Source: Oscillospiraceae bacterium
GTDB taxonomy: Bacteria > Bacillota > Clostridia > Oscillospirales > CAG-272
Length of the DNA: 64,000 bases
Direction: 5' to 3'
Assembly (NCBI GenBank): GCA_015064855.1
Contig: SVRK01000002.1
Span: 117,256-181,255 of the forward strand
Positions within the stretch are counted from its first letter, which is position 1, and each line of letters begins with the position of its first letter. Made by a program: the position numbers and the translations under genes. The notes beneath the pieces were generated by a model, which saw only the letters and a list, made by a program, of their open reading frames with translations, was not told the origin of the DNA and did not search any database. Shown here in pieces: positions 39,023 to 49,862 of this stretch.

Positions 39023-41251
39023 ATGGCAAATGCATGGAATGGCTTTGTTAGCGGCGTTTGGGAAAAAGAAATCAACGTGCGCGACTTTATTCAACAAAAC
39101 TACACACCATATTTAGGCGACGCTAGCTTTTTGTGTGGGCCAACCGATGACACCATCGCCCTTTGGAATGAAATCAAAGAGCTGAAACGTAAGGAAATCG
39201 AGCAGGGTGGAGTTCTCGATATGGACACAAAGGTTGTTTCCACTATCACCTCACACGAGGCTGGATACATCAACAAGGACAAGGAAAAAATTGTTGGCTT
39301 ACAAACTGAAAAGCCACTTAAACGCCCTTTACACACCTATGGCGGAATTAGAATGAGCGTTAAGGCTTGTCGAGATCACGGATATGAAATAGACCCCGAG
39401 GTTGTTGAAACATTTACTGAACACAGAAAAACACACAACGCAGGTGTTTTCGACGCTTACACACCTGAAATGAGAAGATGTCGCTCTAACCATATAATTA
39501 CAGGCTTGCCTGATGCTTATGGCAGAGGCAGAATTATCGGTGACTATCGTCGTGTTGCTCTTTATGGCGTGGACAAGCTTATCGAATCAAAGCTAGAGCA
39601 AAAGGAATCAACAATTACCGTTATGTATTCCGAGGTTATAAGAGAGCGCGAGGAGCTTTCCGAGCAGATTCGTGCACTTGAAATGCTCAAGGAATTAGCT
39701 GCCAAATACGGCTGTGATATTTCAAAGCCGGCAAGCACATTAAAGGAAGCAACACAGGCTCTTTACTTTGGTTATCTTGCCGCTGTTAAAGAGCAAAACG
39801 GTGCTGCAATGAGCTTGGGTAGAACATCTACCTTCCTTGATATTTACGCAGAAAGAGATATTAAAAACGGAGTTATCACCGAAAAAGAGGCACAGGAAAT
39901 TGTTGACCACTTTATTATGAAGCTTCGTATGATTTGCTTTGCAAGAACACCAAAGTACAACTCTATTTTTGCAGGCGACCCAACTTGGGTAACTGAATCT
40001 CTTGGCGGTATGGGCACTGATGGTCGTCCGCTCGTTACAAAAATGAGCTTTAGATACTTAAATACTCTTAACAATTTAGGCGCAGCTCCTGAACCAAACT
40101 TAACTGTTCTCTGGTCTAGTCAGCTCCCTCAAAACTTTAAAAAATACTGCTCTGAAATGTCTATTATTCACCATGCGCTTCAATATGAAAATGATGATTT
40201 AATGCGCCCACTTCACGGTGACGACTACGGTATTGCTTGTTGCGTTTCTTCAATGAAGATAGGCAAGGAAATGCAATTCTTTGGCGCAAGAGCAAATCTT
40301 GCGAAATGTCTTCTCTACGCTATAAACGGCGGTGTTGACGAAATTTCAGGTGATCAGGTTGGTCCAAAATACAGCCCTGTTGACGGCGATTACCTTGATT
40401 ACGATGATGTTATGACCAAATACAAGGCTATGATGAACTGGCTTGCCGGCGTTTACGTAAATGCCCTCAACATCATTCACTATATGCACGATAAATATTC
40501 ATATGAAAGACTTCAAATGGCGCTTCACGATAAGAATGTACGCCGTTGGTTTGCTACGGGCATTGCGGGATTTTCCGTTGTTGCTGACTCACTTTCCGCC
40601 ATTAAATATGCAAAGGTAAAGGTGGTTAGAGATGAGCGTGGTATCGTTACCGACTATATAGTTGAGGGTGACTTCCCCAAATACGGCAACGATGACGATA
40701 GAGTTGACGATATTGCAAAAGAGGTTTTGCACGAGTTTATCAAATATCTCCGCCAAAACCACACGTATCGTGACGGCATTATAACAACGTCTATTTTGAC
40801 AATCACCTCCAACGTTTCCTACGGCAAAAACACAGGTGCAACACCTGACGGACGTAAAGCGGGAGAGGCGTTTGCCCCAGGTGCTAACCCAATGCACTCA
40901 AGAGATGCAAACGGTGCGGTGGCTTCACTTGCATCTGTTGCTAAAATTCCATTTATGGATTCGCAGGATGGTATTTCCAACACCTTTACAATCGTTCCAT
41001 CCGCCCTTGGCAAAACAGAAAAGGAAAGAATTAACAACCTAATTGCTCTTCTTGACGGATATACAGGAAAGGGTGGATTCCACCTAAACGTTAACGTGTT
41101 TGACAGAGAGCTTCTTCTTGATGCACAAAAGCATCCGGAGCTTTATCCACAGCTTACAATTCGCGTTTCCGGCTATGCCGTTAACTTTATAAAGCTTACA
41201 AAGGAACAGCAGGATGAGGTTATTTCAAGAACCTTCCATTCTCGCATTTAA
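39023..41251 (+). CDS. pflB: Formate C-acetyltransferase (pyruvate formate-lyase)
   Basis: [23 protein letters not shown] (Cys-Cys), glycyl-radical RVSGYAV. Confidence 0.97.
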   Translation: MANAWNGFVSGVWEKEINVRDFIQQNYTPYLGDASFLCGPTDDTIALWNEIKELKRKEIEQGGVLDMDTKVVSTITSHEAGYINKDKEKIVGLQTEKPLKRPLHTYGGIRMSVKACRDHGYEIDPEVVETFTEHRKTHNAGVFDAYTPEMRRCRSNHIITGLPDAYGRGRIIGDYRRVALYGVDKLIESKLEQKESTITVMYSEVIREREELSEQIRALEMLKELAAKYGCDISKPASTLKEATQALYFGYLAAVKEQNGAAMSLGRTSTFLDIYAERDIKNGVITEKEAQEIVDHFIMKLRMICFARTPKYNSIFAGDPTWVTESLGGMGTDGRPLVTKMSFRYLNTLNNLGAAPEPNLTVLWSSQLPQNFKKYCSEMSIIHHALQYENDDLMRPLHGDDYGIACCVSSMKIGKEMQFFGARANLAKCLLYAINGGVDEISGDQVGPKYSPVDGDYLDYDDVMTKYKAMMNWLAGVYVNALNIIHYMHDKYSYERLQMALHDKNVRRWFATGIAGFSVVADSLSAIKYAKVKVVRDERGIVTDYIVEGDFPKYGNDDDRVDDIAKEVLHEFIKYLRQNHTYRDGIITTSILTITSNVSYGKNTGATPDGRKAGEAFAPGANPMHSRDANGAVASLASVAKIPFMDSQDGISNTFTIVPSALGKTEKERINNLIALLDGYTGKGGFHLNVNVFDRELLLDAQKHPELYPQLTIRVSGYAVNFIKLTKEQQDEVISRTFHSRI

Positions 41252-41253
41252 TT

Positions 41254-41979
41254 ATGACAGGATACGTACACTCGTTTGAATCGTTCGGTACGGTTGACGG
41301 GCCCGGCGTTAGATTTGTCGTTTTCTTACAGGGATGTCCTATGCGTTGTATTTACTGCCACAACCCGGATTCGTGGAGTGGCGGTGGTACACCTTATGAA
41401 GCGAAGGAGGTTCTTGAAAAAATGACAAGAAATCTTTCGTTTTACAAAACAGGCGGTCTTACCGTTAGCGGTGGTGAACCACTTTTACAAATTGATTTTT
41501 TAATTGAGCTTTTTACCTTAGCAAAGAAAAAAGGCATACATACCTGTCTTGACACATCAGGGGCTACCTTTGATTCATCAAACAAAACGCTTTTGCACAA
41601 ATTTGATGCCCTTTTGAAGGTTTGTGACCTTGTGATGCTCGATATCAAGCACATAAATGAAAAGGAGCATATTAAATTAACCGGTCATTCAGGTAAAAAC
41701 GCATTGGATTTTGCTTATTATTTAAATATGAAGAATATTCCTATGCGCGTTCGCCACGTTATCGTGCCGGACTATACATACAAAACCGAATATTTGCGTT
41801 CTCTTGGAATTTTCTTAAAGAGCTTTTCAAATATTGAAAAAATCGAGGTTCTTCCCTTTCACAAATTAGGTGAAGCTAAATATGATAATCTTGACATTGA
41901 GTACCATCTAAAAGAAACCCCGGCACTTGATGACGAGGATGCAAAAAACGCTTATGAAATAATTAAAAGCGCTATGTAA
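41254..41979 (+). CDS. pflA: Pyruvate formate-lyase activating enzyme
   Basis: GTVDGPGVR, GCPMRCIYCHNP, SGGEP. Confidence 0.96.
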   Translation: MTGYVHSFESFGTVDGPGVRFVVFLQGCPMRCIYCHNPDSWSGGGTPYEAKEVLEKMTRNLSFYKTGGLTVSGGEPLLQIDFLIELFTLAKKKGIHTCLDTSGATFDSSNKTLLHKFDALLKVCDLVMLDIKHINEKEHIKLTGHSGKNALDFAYYLNMKNIPMRVRHVIVPDYTYKTEYLRSLGIFLKSFSNIEKIEVLPFHKLGEAKYDNLDIEYHLKETPALDDEDAKNAYEIIKSAM

Positions 41980-42093
41980 TTTTAGCGCTTTTAGTCATTA
42001 AAAAATTTTTCAAAAAATTTTTAAATTATATTGCACGTAAAAAACTTTTATGCTATAATTTTTTTATTCTTTTTATTTTGGAGGAATTTTCCT

Positions 42094-43092
42094 ATGTCAA
42101 ACGTACGTCCAAATTCAATGGCTCGTATCACAACCAAAGAGCTTGCCCTCAAGTTTATTGACGAGCAGGTTCAAGAAATCAGAAATCAAGTAGGCGACGG
42201 CAAGGTGCTTCTTGCTCTTTCCGGTGGAGTTGACTCCAGCGTTGTTGCCGCACTTTTAATAAAGGCTATCGGCAAGCAGCTCGTTTGTGTTCACGTTAAC
42301 CACGGCTTAATGCGTAAGGGAGAAAGCGAAAACGTTATTGAAGTATTTAGAAACGGTCTTGACGCTAACCTTGTTTACGTTGATGCAACTGACAGATTCC
42401 TTAACAAGCTTGCAGGTGTTGACGCTCCAGAAGACAAGAGAAAGATTATAGGCGGAGAATTTATCCGTGTATTTGAAGAAGAAGCAAGAAAGCTTGACGA
42501 TATTAAGTTCCTAGCTCAAGGTACTATTTACCCTGATATTCTTGAAAGCATTAAGCAAGCCGAGGGCAAAAAAGCAGTTAAATCCCACCACAATGTTGGC
42601 GGTCTTCCCGATGACCTTCAATTCGAGCTTGTTGAGCCAATCAAGCTTCTCTTTAAGGACGAGGTAAGAGTTGTTGGTGAGGCACTCGGTCTTCCACACG
42701 CTATGGTTTATCGTCAACCATTCCCAGGTCCAGGTCTTGGCGTTCGTTGTCTTGGCGCTATCACAAGAGATAGACTTAACGCACTTCGCGAGGCTGATGC
42801 TATTCTTCGCGAGGAATTCGACCTTAATGGTCTTTGTGAGAAGGTATGGCAATACTTTGTTGTTGTGCCTGATATGAAGAGCGTTGGCGTAAAGGACGAA
42901 AGCCGTTATGAGGGTTGGCCTGCTATCATTCGTGCTGTTAATACAACAGACGCTATGAGCGCAACAATTGAAGAAATTCCATACGCAATTCTTCACAAAA
43001 TCACAGCTCGTATCACAAACGAGGTTGAGGGCATCAACCGTGTTCTCTATGATTTAACACCAAAGCCAACAGGCACTATTGAGTGGGAGTGA
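42094..43092 (+). CDS. guaA: GMP synthase, ATP-pyrophosphatase/dimerisation part only (subunit-B-like)
   Basis: ALSGGVDSSV, QGTIYPD, KSHHNVGGLP, RQPFPGPGL, KPTGTIEWE. No N-terminal glutaminase domain (332 aa). Confidence 0.9.
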   Translation: MSNVRPNSMARITTKELALKFIDEQVQEIRNQVGDGKVLLALSGGVDSSVVAALLIKAIGKQLVCVHVNHGLMRKGESENVIEVFRNGLDANLVYVDATDRFLNKLAGVDAPEDKRKIIGGEFIRVFEEEARKLDDIKFLAQGTIYPDILESIKQAEGKKAVKSHHNVGGLPDDLQFELVEPIKLLFKDEVRVVGEALGLPHAMVYRQPFPGPGLGVRCLGAITRDRLNALREADAILREEFDLNGLCEKVWQYFVVVPDMKSVGVKDESRYEGWPAIIRAVNTTDAMSATIEEIPYAILHKITARITNEVEGINRVLYDLTPKPTGTIEWE

Positions 43093-43093
43093 T

Positions 43094-43098
43094 GCATT
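43094..43098. repeat. Left target-site duplication GCATT
   Basis: Matches 57736-57740. Confidence 0.85.
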
Positions 43099-43311
43099 TG
43101 TTTTTGGGCATAACCCATTAACCACAAAAGGCAAAATTGAATAATCAAATCAGACCTTGAAGGAGTTTTCCTTTGAGGTCTTTTTTTACTCAAAAAGTGC
43201 CGTAAAACCTTGATTTTCGGGCGAAAGTGTGAATAAAATAATTGTTTTATCTTCATTTAATGACGATAAAAAACTTTGCCCCGATAACGATAGAAAGGTT
43301 TGTCAAAAACA
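43099..43311 (+). repeat. 213-bp terminal unit, copy 1 (TGT...ACA)
   Basis: Identical base for base to 57523-57735 in the same orientation; has its own 8-bp terminal inverted repeat TGTTTTTG/CAAAAACA. Confidence 0.95.
43152..43187 (+). terminator. Terminator inside the terminal unit (can serve guaA)
   Basis: agacct-tgaagga-gttt-tcctttg-aggtct followed by a U7 tract. Confidence 0.75.
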
Positions 43312-43329
43312 TAGTATATTTCAAAAGTA

Positions 43330-43440
43330 TGTTTTTGGGATGATATTTCGCCCCCAAAATGCTTGAATTCCATTTGCTTTTTGGGAAAATCCATCTCCCA
43401 TTTTCGTTTTTGGGAAAATTACAAATGTTTTTGGGAAACT
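43330..43440 (+). repeat. Repeated TTTTTGGGA motifs, probable TnsB-binding sites upstream of tnsA
   Basis: Copies at 43330, 43378, 43406 and 43426 that resemble the terminal TGTTTTTGGG. Confidence 0.6.
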
Positions 43441-43488
43441 TTTGGGGATTATTTTAATCACATAAAAAACAAAAAGGAAGGTGCAAAA

Positions 43489-43833
43489 ATGAGAAACAAA
43501 AACTACAAAGGACGATGCGAAAAACGAAGTTTAAGCAAATGTCAAGGAGTATGCAGAACGTTTGATGCTATTCAATACGCCTATGCCGACATTCTTCAAA
43601 ACAGCGAGAATATCAAAGAATTTCGGTGTAATATCCCTCTCGATGCTCTGACTATCGGAGAGTATATGACGGATTTTGTTTGCGTAAAATCGGACGGTGA
43701 TATGATGGTTAGAGAGTGCGTATATCGCAAATTGCTTATGAAGCCTTTAACTATAAAATTGTTAGATGCTTCAAGGGAGTATTGGCAAAGACACGGTATA
43801 ACGGACTGGGGGATTGTTGTGGATGAAAAATAA
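43489..43833 (+). CDS. Short TnsA-like endonuclease-fold protein (114 aa)
   Basis: MTDFVCVKSDG..MVRECV resembles the TnsA TTDF...Q-x-K core; first gene of the operon, overlaps tnsB; RBS AAGGAAGG. Confidence 0.7.
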   Translation: MRNKNYKGRCEKRSLSKCQGVCRTFDAIQYAYADILQNSENIKEFRCNIPLDALTIGEYMTDFVCVKSDGDMMVRECVYRKLLMKPLTIKLLDASREYWQRHGITDWGIVVDEK

Positions 43834-45652
43834 ACTATTCAAATATGGTGATGGTATTATTAGAATTCTAAAAGCCACAGACAATAGTTTTTTTATTGTT
43901 GATTGTATCAAAAAAACCATGCCAAGATGGATTGATAAAGCGGATATATTCAATTATACAGAATGTACTGAGGCGGATTTGTTATCTATCACAAATACGG
44001 TTCTTTGTGATATAGAATCTCTAGATGTCATAAGCAAACGAAAAATGCACGAGCGATATACTTTGATTGCCGGAGTGTTGCCATTTGTAGATAACGAAAA
44101 GAAGCGCAGCGAAGCAATTTCGATTATTGCGGATGATAAGAAAATCAGTAAACAAACCATACGGAATTATTTATATCTTTATTTGGTTTATCAAGATATT
44201 GCCGCTCTTGCTCCCAAATCACAAACGACTGAAAAAGAGTTATCGCAAGATGAAAAGAATATGCGCTGGGCATTAAATAAATTCTTTTATACTACCGATA
44301 AAAACAGTCTACATACAGCCTATACAATGATGCTAAAAGCAAAGTATTGTGACGGTTGCGGTTCTCTCTTTTCTGAATATCCCTCGTTCTATCAATTCCG
44401 TTATTTTTACCGTAAACACAGAAAAATGCAGAATTATTATATTTCAAGAGACGGATTGAAAAATTACCAGCGCAACAATAGACCGTTGCTGGGTGACGGT
44501 GTACAAGCCTTTGCATCCTCGGTTGGCGTTGGTATGCTTGATTCAACCATATGTGATATATATTTAATCAACGATGGCGGAAATCTCGTTGGCAGACCTA
44601 TTTTAACGGCGTGTGTGGATGCTTATAGTGGTTTGTGTTGCGGTTATTCGCTCTCGTGGGAAGGCGGCGTATATAGCCTTAAAAGCCTTATGAGCAACGT
44701 TATTACAAACAAGGTCGATTGGTGCAAGCAATTTGGAATTATCATCAATCAAGCAGATTGGAATTGTTCTTCACTTCCTGCAACTCTTGTGACCGATATG
44801 GGCAAAGAATACGCCTCTATGACCTTTGAACAAATAGCGGATTTAGGCGTTACCATCGTAAACTTGCCACCATACAGACCGGAATTAAAGGGCGTTGTGG
44901 AAAAGTTCTTTGATATAGTACAAAGCCTATATAAACCGCATTTGAGGGGTAAGGGTGTTATAGAATCCGATTATCAAGAGAGAGGCGCACACGATTATAG
45001 GAAAGATGCTTGCTTGACTATGGCGAGTTTTGAAAAAATTCTGTTGCATTGCATTATATATTACAATGCAAAAAGAGTTATTGAAAACTTTCCGTACACT
45101 GCGGAAATGCTATCAAAAAACATAGAACCATATTCTGCTCGTATATGGAATTATGCCATAAATCAGCCTGGGGCGAATCTTATTACAACAGATATTAAAA
45201 CACTAATGCTAACACTATTACCAAGAACAAACGGCACATTCAGCCGTAAAGGGTTAGCGGTCAACAAATTGAGGTATTCCAATCCCGATTATACGGAAAG
45301 TTATTTGAACGGTGGCACGGTTACAGTGGCGTATAATCCCGATGACGTTTCACAAGTATGGTTAATAGATGATGGCGTGTATATCGTGTTTGAATTGATA
45401 GAAAGCCGCTTTATAGGCTGTAATTTGGCACAAGTAAGCGATATGCAAGTAAATCAAAGAGCCATTATTAAAAACGCTTCTACGGCTAATTTACAGGCTC
45501 AAATCGACCTTGCAGAACACATAGAAGCCGTTGCACATTCGGTATTCTCTGAAGGTGATACTTCAATCAAGCAAATTCGGAAAACCAGACAAAGAGAACA
45601 AACCAAAACACACATTGATTTTATGAGAGGTACAGATAATGATTGCTATTAA
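43823..45652 (+). CDS. tnsB: TnsB-like DDE transposase (Mu-transposase C-terminal family)
   Basis: LDST, VDAYSG, TDMG.EY, PYRPELKGVVEKFF catalytic motifs; Mu_C-like YNPDD tail. Confidence 0.9.
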   Translation: MKNKLFKYGDGIIRILKATDNSFFIVDCIKKTMPRWIDKADIFNYTECTEADLLSITNTVLCDIESLDVISKRKMHERYTLIAGVLPFVDNEKKRSEAISIIADDKKISKQTIRNYLYLYLVYQDIAALAPKSQTTEKELSQDEKNMRWALNKFFYTTDKNSLHTAYTMMLKAKYCDGCGSLFSEYPSFYQFRYFYRKHRKMQNYYISRDGLKNYQRNNRPLLGDGVQAFASSVGVGMLDSTICDIYLINDGGNLVGRPILTACVDAYSGLCCGYSLSWEGGVYSLKSLMSNVITNKVDWCKQFGIIINQADWNCSSLPATLVTDMGKEYASMTFEQIADLGVTIVNLPPYRPELKGVVEKFFDIVQSLYKPHLRGKGVIESDYQERGAHDYRKDACLTMASFEKILLHCIIYYNAKRVIENFPYTAEMLSKNIEPYSARIWNYAINQPGANLITTDIKTLMLTLLPRTNGTFSRKGLAVNKLRYSNPDYTESYLNGGTVTVAYNPDDVSQVWLIDDGVYIVFELIESRFIGCNLAQVSDMQVNQRAIIKNASTANLQAQIDLAEHIEAVAHSVFSEGDTSIKQIRKTRQREQTKTHIDFMRGTDNDCY

Positions 45653-46874
45653 AAATATAATACAATGCTTGCCGCCTATGAGAAGCGGAAACGACCTTGT
45701 TTCAGCGTTGGAATGTTTACCCGATTATGATGAAAGCATAAGCAACGAAAATGAGGCGGTGCGGCTAATTGCTTTATCAGACCTCTACAAAATCTATATT
45801 CCCTCTCCTATGTCAAAAGAGATATACAGCAAGTTGTATTTGGCTTTGCTCCGCTCCCTACAAAAGAAAGGCACTATAACGGCGGTAAGACAGCAAAACG
45901 AAAATTACAAAGCAATACGGCAACATGAATATAGCGGCATTATAGGCGGCTCGGACAGTTTTACAATAATAGGCGCATCTGGCATTGGAAAGAGTTCTGC
46001 TATCAGTCGTGCTATTGATTTGATTTCGGCAAACGGTATTATTACGGTGGATGAACCATATACAAAAATCATTCCGTGTATTGTTGTTCAATGTCCGTTT
46101 GATTCCTCGGTAAAGGGATTATTGTTAGAAATACTACGAAAAGTTGATGATACCATAGGCAGCAATTATTATAATAACGCTATGAGGGTACGAGCAACAA
46201 CGGATATGTTAATCGGCAGTGTCAGCCAAGTAGCATTAAATCATATCGGGTTGCTGGTTGTTGATGAAATTCAAAACGTTGTAAATAATAAGCACGGCAC
46301 AAGCCTTGTCGGAATGCTTACACAGTTAATTAACAATAGCGGTATTTCAATATGCATGGTTGGCACACCCGAAAGCAGTATGTTTTTTGAGCAAGCCATG
46401 CAACTTGCCCGGCGTTCTCTGGGGTTACAATATGGGGCGATTGACTATGATTTGTATTTTTATAATTTCTGCAAATCGGTATTGTCATATAGGTATGTAA
46501 AAGAAAAAATAATAGTGTCGGATGCTATGATACAATGGCTTTATGAGCATAGCGGCGGTATTGTTTCCGTTGTTATATCTTTGATACACGATGCCCAAGA
46601 GATAGCCATATTGAGCGGCAAGGAGACAGTTAATATAGAAACGCTCAATGAAGCCTATCAAAAACGGTTAGCGTTATTACACGGATATATCAGACCTAAC
46701 GCACAGAAAACCGCTCCAAAAAGAAAAAATCCCTCTCCCATAATTATACAAGAAATGGAGACGGAAAGCGTAAATAATTTGATTTATAATATCGCTTTGA
46801 AAGCCAAAAATCAGCAGTTGGATATTGTGGATTTGTTGAGAGAAAAAATAGAAGTATTAGAGGTAAGCATATGA
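45639..46874 (+). CDS. tnsC: TnsC/TniB-like AAA+ ATPase
   Basis: Walker A GASGIGKS, Walker B LLVVDEIQN, VGTPE, ARR arginine finger. Confidence 0.9.
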   Translation: MIAIKNIIQCLPPMRSGNDLVSALECLPDYDESISNENEAVRLIALSDLYKIYIPSPMSKEIYSKLYLALLRSLQKKGTITAVRQQNENYKAIRQHEYSGIIGGSDSFTIIGASGIGKSSAISRAIDLISANGIITVDEPYTKIIPCIVVQCPFDSSVKGLLLEILRKVDDTIGSNYYNNAMRVRATTDMLIGSVSQVALNHIGLLVVDEIQNVVNNKHGTSLVGMLTQLINNSGISICMVGTPESSMFFEQAMQLARRSLGLQYGAIDYDLYFYNFCKSVLSYRYVKEKIIVSDAMIQWLYEHSGGIVSVVISLIHDAQEIAILSGKETVNIETLNEAYQKRLALLHGYIRPNAQKTAPKRKNPSPIIIQEMETESVNNLIYNIALKAKNQQLDIVDLLREKIEVLEVSI

Positions 46875-48352
46875 TTTTGTATTTTCCAAAAGCATATCCC
46901 GATGAATTGCTTTATAGTCAGTTAGCCAGGTATTATATCAAGAGCGGTTACACAGCATATAGATTTGCGGCGGAGGCTTTATATAAAAACAAAACCATAA
47001 AGCCAAATATAGAATTTATAAACGCTTTTACGGAGGAAGCATTGCAAGCCATAACAAATGGTACTACCTTTGAGGAAGTAATATTAACACACACGATGTT
47101 TCCATATTACGCACGTTTCTTGAATTGCGAGTGGCGGAATCAAGCATTAAAAGCGGTTTCAGAGATGCGGAATGATTATTATAATCTGCTTTGTTTCCCA
47201 AAGAATAAAAACGCTGTAATACGTTATTTGCGTTATTGCCCAGTGTGTGCGAAGGCTGACCGTCAACAATATGGGGAGGCTTACTGGCATAGACAACATC
47301 AAATGATAAACGTGGATATATGCCCTCTGCATTATTGCCGATTGATAAATAGCGAAATACCTATAAATAGCCAAGCCTCGCCCTCTCTGATAACGGCAGA
47401 AGAAAGCATAAGAGACGATGCGGAAATAGTTATATCTGATAATGAGATTGAATGTAAATTAGCACAGTATATAGCGGTTGTTTTTTCATCTCCGGTGGAT
47501 ATGATTTCAACCGCTCGTATAGGTGATTATTTACATTCCAAGATGGCAAATACAAAATATTTATCTTTGAGAGGTCAGCAACGGAACATAACCGCTCTTT
47601 TTACGGATTATAGCGCATATTATAAAAATCTCTTGAATAATACGCTATTCGAGCAGTGGCAATTACAAAAGATATTCACCAATGACCGATTCGGCACATA
47701 CGAAATATGCTTGCTGGCTATGTTCTTAAATATTTTTCCCGATGAATTGATACATATGGAATTACCACGCAAACGGCAGCAAGATATATTTGATACTGAA
47801 ATCAAGCGATTACATAAGCAAGGGTTAAATTATGCGGAAATTGCGAGGTGTTTGAATGCTTCTTATGATGTGGTTAAATCTATCGGAGAGGGGCGATATG
47901 GCAAATATCATTATCTCTCCGAGAATCCACAAAAGGGCGGCGCAAAGAAAAAGGACTGGGAAAGCATAGATGCGGAAAGATTATCAACGGTTATTAACTG
48001 TATAAAAGAATTGCAAAATTCAGACAAACGACCTATTAAAATATCTGTCGGTCTGATAGAACGATTATTAGGCTATCCAAAGAAAAGCCTTTATAATTGT
48101 CCTAAATGTATGGCGGCAATTCAAAAGAATTATGAGAGTCAAGAGGAATATTGGGCGAGGGAGATTATATGGGCGGCTAATCAAATAACATCCCAAAATA
48201 TCCCTCTCACCTTTACCAACATTCAAAAAATAACTAATATCCGAAAGAGAAATTTAATTGTTTGTTTTCCGTATATAAAACAATATTCTTTGTCAACACC
48301 GTTAGAAAATGCTTTGTATTCATGGGAAAGAAATATGCTCCAAGCCAAATAA
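46871..48352 (+). CDS. tnsD: TniQ/TnsD target-selection protein
   Basis: FPKAYPDELLYS..ARY, RYCPVC...D...GEAYWHRQHQ....CPLH zinc finger; long C-terminal DNA-binding region. Confidence 0.9.
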   Translation: MILYFPKAYPDELLYSQLARYYIKSGYTAYRFAAEALYKNKTIKPNIEFINAFTEEALQAITNGTTFEEVILTHTMFPYYARFLNCEWRNQALKAVSEMRNDYYNLLCFPKNKNAVIRYLRYCPVCAKADRQQYGEAYWHRQHQMINVDICPLHYCRLINSEIPINSQASPSLITAEESIRDDAEIVISDNEIECKLAQYIAVVFSSPVDMISTARIGDYLHSKMANTKYLSLRGQQRNITALFTDYSAYYKNLLNNTLFEQWQLQKIFTNDRFGTYEICLLAMFLNIFPDELIHMELPRKRQQDIFDTEIKRLHKQGLNYAEIARCLNASYDVVKSIGEGRYGKYHYLSENPQKGGAKKKDWESIDAERLSTVINCIKELQNSDKRPIKISVGLIERLLGYPKKSLYNCPKCMAAIQKNYESQEEYWAREIIWAANQITSQNIPLTFTNIQKITNIRKRNLIVCFPYIKQYSLSTPLENALYSWERNMLQAK

Positions 48353-48372
48353 AGCAAGGAGCATAAAAATGA

Positions 48373-48876
48373 TTATTGTACCGGGTCTGCGGAGAGATTA
48401 AATTGTATTACGCCGCTATATTGTCCGGCTGCTGCATCCTGACTTAAAAGGGCGGTAAATGTATAATCTCTTATATTGAGTTCGTCAAGAAGTTCGTGAG
48501 TTGCCGTAATAATGGGTTTATCACCCTGCGTATATCTTTCACCGTTGGATTTGTAAATTTCCAAGTCGGCAGTTACGCCCTCTTTTGTTTGATGAGTCAT
48601 TAAAATAGTGCCATCCATAGTTAAATTTCCAATTCTAACATTTATCTCGTAATTGGTGTCTAAATCATATGAAATGATACTGATTTTACACGTATTTCCT
48701 GAACCAATATCGAAGTTGCAAGATTCGGGAATTGAATATTCAAACGAGGAATAAGAATACGCCGTAGCGGTCATTTCTCCATAACCGAAATAGGGTTCAT
48801 TTGCGGCAAATGCAGTAATAGACATTGTACAGCATATCATAGCCAATGCCAAAATAATTGTAATAATCTTTTTCAT
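48373..48876 (-). CDS. Secreted beta-sandwich protein (WxL/pilin-like C-terminus)
   Basis: Signal peptide MKKIITIILALAM...TAFA; ends AGQYSGVIQFNLS. Confidence 0.55.
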   Translation of the reverse strand: MKKIITIILALAMICCTMSITAFAANEPYFGYGEMTATAYSYSSFEYSIPESCNFDIGSGNTCKISIISYDLDTNYEINVRIGNLTMDGTILMTHQTKEGVTADLEIYKSNGERYTQGDKPIITATHELLDELNIRDYTFTALLSQDAAAGQYSGVIQFNLSADPVQ

Positions 48877-48895
48877 TTGTTTTGTCCTTTCGTGT

Positions 48896-49393
48896 TTATT
48901 TTGAATTGATTTCAATGTTTTGTGTGCTTCCGTTTAATTGCGTTTTGGTATCAAGCGAAAAGCATTCATATACCAAACGGCAATTTTTATAAATTCCTTT
49001 TTGTAATTCCTGCGTAATTTCAATATCGGTTATATGCTCTCCCGGTCTTATGTAATCGCTTTGAAAAATTCTTGTATCGTTGGAGAGATATATTGATATA
49101 ACAAAATAACAGTTGTTACTTTCGGGATTGTATAAATCAACCGTTTGAGATGTTGTTCCGTGCTGGAGGTAAATCCCTGTATAGCCTGGGATAGTAATTC
49201 GCCGTTCTTCCCCAGCCGGAATGAAATCCAGCGGCTTATCTCCGATTTCAGTCTGCGGAATATCGTTATTGTTGTTTGGGGTGCTATCTCCGTTCTGATT
49301 ATTTATAATAACCAGTGTAAATATTGCAGCGACTATTACAACGACAATAATCGAGATAATTATAATATGTTTTTTCGCTAACTTGAATCCCAC
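48896..49393 (-). CDS. Single-TM anchored extracytoplasmic protein
   Basis: N-terminal hydrophobic helix; LYNPESNNCYF...QS..I.PG core; GTG start near 49393. Confidence 0.6.
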   Translation of the reverse strand: MGFKLAKKHIIIISIIVVVIVAAIFTLVIINNQNGDSTPNNNNDIPQTEIGDKPLDFIPAGEERRITIPGYTGIYLQHGTTSQTVDLYNPESNNCYFVISIYLSNDTRIFQSDYIRPGEHITDIEITQELQKGIYKNCRLVYECFSLDTKTQLNGSTQNIEINSK

Positions 49394-49477
49394 AAATAGC
49401 AAGCCTCCTTCCACTTCTATGCTTGCTATCATTATAAATCAATAATAATTATTTCTGAAAGACAAAACGGGTGTGCA

Positions 49478-49756
49478 TCAGTTCTTTTTCCACCTTGATA
49501 TAGTGCGGTTATCGCCCGAAAAGCATTCACACTCACCATTAACAACGCTTTGTATAGTGGCTTTGAAATAGTGCTTTTGTGGCTCTATGCAATCCGGAAT
49601 TTCCAAGTGTAATTGATTACAGGAGCGGCAATATAAACGCCGTAGGATGAATATATAAACCGCTCCATTAGAATCCTTAACCGCTCTTTTACGGCTGTCT
49701 CTGACCGTTAATTTGCCGTTACACGAGGGGCAAAGTGTGTTTTCTCTGCTCAACAC
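49478..49756 (-). CDS. Zinc-ribbon protein (DUF6431-like)
   Basis: CPSC....RDSRKR...RRLYC..C..LH.EIPD pattern. Confidence 0.65.
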   Translation of the reverse strand: MLSRENTLCPSCNGKLTVRDSRKRAVKDSNGAVYIFILRRLYCRSCNQLHLEIPDCIEPQKHYFKATIQSVVNGECECFSGDNRTISRWKKN

Positions 49757-49862
49757 GTGGTAATTTTTTTTTGAAATAGATTTGATATTTTCTAATTATT
49801 ATCACAGTGAAAGTCTCCTATAAACAAAATGAACCCCTGCTATCTACACAATAAGCAAGAGT

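Noticed and set aside
43047-43256. ORF MKIKQLFYSHF... (also at 57453-57680)
   Set aside because: Antisense reading of the duplicated terminal unit with no RBS or protein features; useful only as confirmation of the repeat.
43330-43440. Short repeats near tnsA as a CRISPR array (CAST)
   Set aside because: Repeats are 9-13 bp with irregular spacing, and no cas genes are present; they fit transposase-binding sites better.
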